Source: Macrostomum lignano (lineage: Eukaryota). Taken from it: DNA of 22,159 bases. Positions 19,868 to 22,159 of the stretch are shown in pieces (the first letter of the stretch is position 1; every line of letters starts with the position of its first letter). The stretch spans positions 116,535-138,693 of the forward strand of contig NIVC01001898.1 of assembly GCA_002269645.1 (NCBI GenBank), in the 5' to 3' direction. Both the position numbers and the translations under genes were made by a program. The notes under the pieces were generated by a model. That model was given only the letters and a program-made list of their open reading frames with translations, had not been told where the DNA came from and made no database searches.

Positions 19868-20964
19868 GTTATTTTTATCGGTTTTATTTCTTTGTTCGCC
19901 GATGGCTCAGATGAGTAGCTAAGCTAGTAGGCTACAGTGGACCAATGGCAAGGCGGTTCTCAGTCGATCAATCAATCAAATCAGTGAGCAAAACTGCCAG
20001 AAGTGCAGAATCGGCGCCAGAGATATACTTTGTGCACTCTAGGTTAGCCAAGCGGCTCGGGTAATGAATCATGCGAGGTCTCTGAAGTTCGAGTTAGTCT
20101 ATCATCAGCGCTATGAGAGGCTAGTTGGCGCGTTGAAGGCCAAAAGTACATATCTTCGTATTTAGCAATGTAATAGTACATGTAGCTACCCCATAGACTC
20201 GCCACTGCAAGAATCCCCTGCACAAGTCCCCTCTGTACCTGCATGGCCAATGCGATCTAGTCCCAGCAGTGTCCCTTATCATCGGCTATGACTTCGAGAT
20301 TGACAGCAAAAAGACACTAGTTGGCAGGTAAGTGCAAAGCCCCTTCTAGTCGGAAGCCCGATTTCGAGAGTCCCGGTGTGGTGAGCCAGGACGTACGGGA
20401 TGGTGGCAGCGAGTTAGCTTAGTCTGCGGATTAGCTAATTTCTACCTTCAAAATTCTCCCTGCTTGTCTCTCGCTGTCCCTCTCTTAGCTATAGGACCTA
20501 GACCTACCATGGGGCTGACCATCTGACAGGAGTGGGGGGCCAGGACTCTAATTGATTTATTTCTGAGACCTGAGGCCTGAAGGCTTCCCCACAAGGGGGC
20601 TGAAAGGTCGAAACCCATCAGTGGTTTTAAAGTTTTTTAGCTTTGGCAAGGGTCGGAAACTAGAAGTGTTTAGTACTTTTGTCGATTTTCTTGAATCAGA
20701 TATAAATTTTTATTTACCAATGCTTGGACAACTACGAGTATGCTATGCTGGCCTATCTACAACAACAACAAAAATAACAGAATACGCGTTCAGCGTCTCA
20801 GGGTGCGCCTCAGGGTCAGGTCACGAATGAACGCCAGGCCGCCGGCCGAATCCAGGCAGTCGAGGAAACGCCTATACGTACCTTACATATAGTCCTTGAT
20901 CTGTACAAATGTACGTGTACTTTGCACTATTGCAGTGTAATTTGCTTAGACAATTGCTGAAGAA

Positions 20965-21010
20965 AGGACAAAGGTCAGCTACCGCACTATCCAAAGGTGG
21001 ACAAAGGTAG
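20965..21010 (+). promoter_or_regulatory. Cluster of DR1-type nuclear receptor elements
   Basis: AGGACA-A-AGGTCA (20965-20977) plus two weaker CAAAGG-centred copies, TATCCA-A-AGGTGG and TGGACA-A-AGGTAG (20998-21010). Confidence 0.3.
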
Positions 21011-21745
21011 AGGGTGAAGACTGGCGGCTGTACTTTTCGGTTTGGACAGTACATGCATTCTCGTGCAGCCCGATCGGTTACGTCACATGAGACACTCTAG
21101 ATCAATTGGACCATGCACAATCCGTCTTCATCCGTTTCATTTGTTTGGACTTTCTAAGAAACTCATTGGGAAGCGATAGACCGCGCCGCTTTCATGGTCC
21201 AACAATATCTTCTCTCCAAAAAATATTTAATTCTATTTGCCAGCCTTGAATCAGGTACGTAATCGCAGGTTTAAACGAGATGGTAATTATCGCGCGTGCG
21301 AGCTAGCAGCGTGAAATTCACGTGCCTTCCGCAGGGCTCCGCGCGTCAACTCAACGGAACGTCTAGGATAACATTTTCGCTTGTGCAGCTTCATTTAGTC
21401 ATGTATTTCAGGTTCGTGCAGATGTAGTGAAGTTCTTAATCAATAGCATCGTCGTGAAATATTTATACAGTACATAAACTTGGCTCTAGCCTTACACAAT
21501 TCGAATATTATTTCCTTTTACTTCAAAATACAGTTTACTGAGAAACTTCTCAAAATAATAGCTCCATTTTAACAAAGACAGACTAAAACACTTGCCAAGT
21601 TACCAACGGAACAATACGGGAATCTGCAGTACGTAAAGCCCTGCGCAAAGATTAACAGGCCTAAAAAACTGAATTCTACTGCAGCAGCTATGTCTCATCA
21701 GCTAAATCTGTTATGTCTCAAGCGACATTATTCACAGTTCAACCA

Positions 21746-22139
21746 TCAGTCGAATCTCTTCAGCGACATTTCAAATCCAACAGCGTCCCAGTGGACGTAG
21801 TCAGTCCCGTTTCTCTCGCCTCCGCTGTAGTAGATCCCATTTGGATTGCAGGTCTCGCAGTAGTTGAACCACCATCCGGTACCACTTCTTACTTTAGCGC
21901 AGCAGTAACCATTGCAGTTGGCGTCAGTTGTCTGAAACTTCATTCCCCTGTGTGCACTGAGCGAGTCTACAGAAACATTGGAACTGCTGAGCAGCAGGCT
22001 GCCGTACTGCAGGCGTAGCAGTGTCGGCCCTCCACCAGGAAGCCGCTGTACTCGCAGTGGTAGCTCATGCCGTTGAACCTGAAGCTCCATTCGCATGGTT
22101 CTGCCCACCGGCCGGGTCAGGGCGTGGATCCAGCGCAGC
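21746..22139 (-). CDS. Terminal exon of a fibrinogen-related domain (FReD; ficolin/angiopoietin/tenascin-like) gene with two compensating indels; upstream exons lie outside the window
   Basis: After acceptor ...ATTGACACGCAG|: LRWIHALT...MRMEL, then RFNGMSYHCEYSGFLVEG in the +1 frame, then DSLSAHRGMKFQTTD...CCAK...GWWFNYCETCNPNGIY...HW...EMSLKRFD*. These are classic fibrinogen C-terminal domain motifs. Confidence 0.88.
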
Positions 22140-22159
22140 CTGCGTGTCAATGGACAGTC

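Noticed and set aside
20050-20330. Possible decayed LINE C-terminal zinc knuckle (HCKNPLHKSPLYLHGQC) or an exon ending at CAG|GTAAGT (20327)
   Set aside because: Short, stop-interrupted, and the key His is absent. Splicing to acceptors near 20488-20494 hits a stop at once. Not supportable without an HMM search.
20550-20620. Hammerhead-ribozyme-like text (CTGAGACC...GGTCGAAAC and CTGAAGGC...CTGAAA) as in Penelope LTRs
   Set aside because: Neither register has a complete CUGAnGA core, and stems I and III cannot be built. Other CTGATGA hits in the window also lack a stem II-GAAA.

Overview
Eukaryotic (animal) genomic DNA; no prokaryotic operon, CRISPR array or intact RNA gene is visible. GC-rich exons with CAG runs sit among many unrelated micro- and minisatellites (about 5.2 kb, roughly a quarter of the window). 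This resembles a free-living flatworm such as Macrostomum, but the organism is an inference. Three minus-strand protein genes are supported. (1) An intronless DEG/ENaC (ASIC-like) channel at 6050-8289, broken by one frameshift near 6601. (2) A clean four-exon CFAP77 homolog (axonemal microtubule inner protein) at 15432-17420; all splice sites are GT-AG and phase-compatible, giving 261 aa. (3) The terminal exon of a fibrinogen-related (FReD) gene at 21746-22139, with two compensating indels. Also present: a tRNA-derived SINE with a MIR-like CORE domain, a probable solo LTR, a possible second LTR fragment and nine tandem arrays. The best leads are regulatory or structural: a 1.86-kb satellite with an AP-1 site in each of ~52 units next to the CFAP77 3' end; a perfect RFX X-box written in minority codons inside the last CFAP77 exon; an intron hairpin hiding decoy AGs between branch point and 3' splice site; loss of the HG gating motif in the ENaC; and two oppositely oriented GATA arrays with the same rare interruption bracketing the ENaC locus. 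Family assignments rest on motifs recalled from memory, not on database searches.
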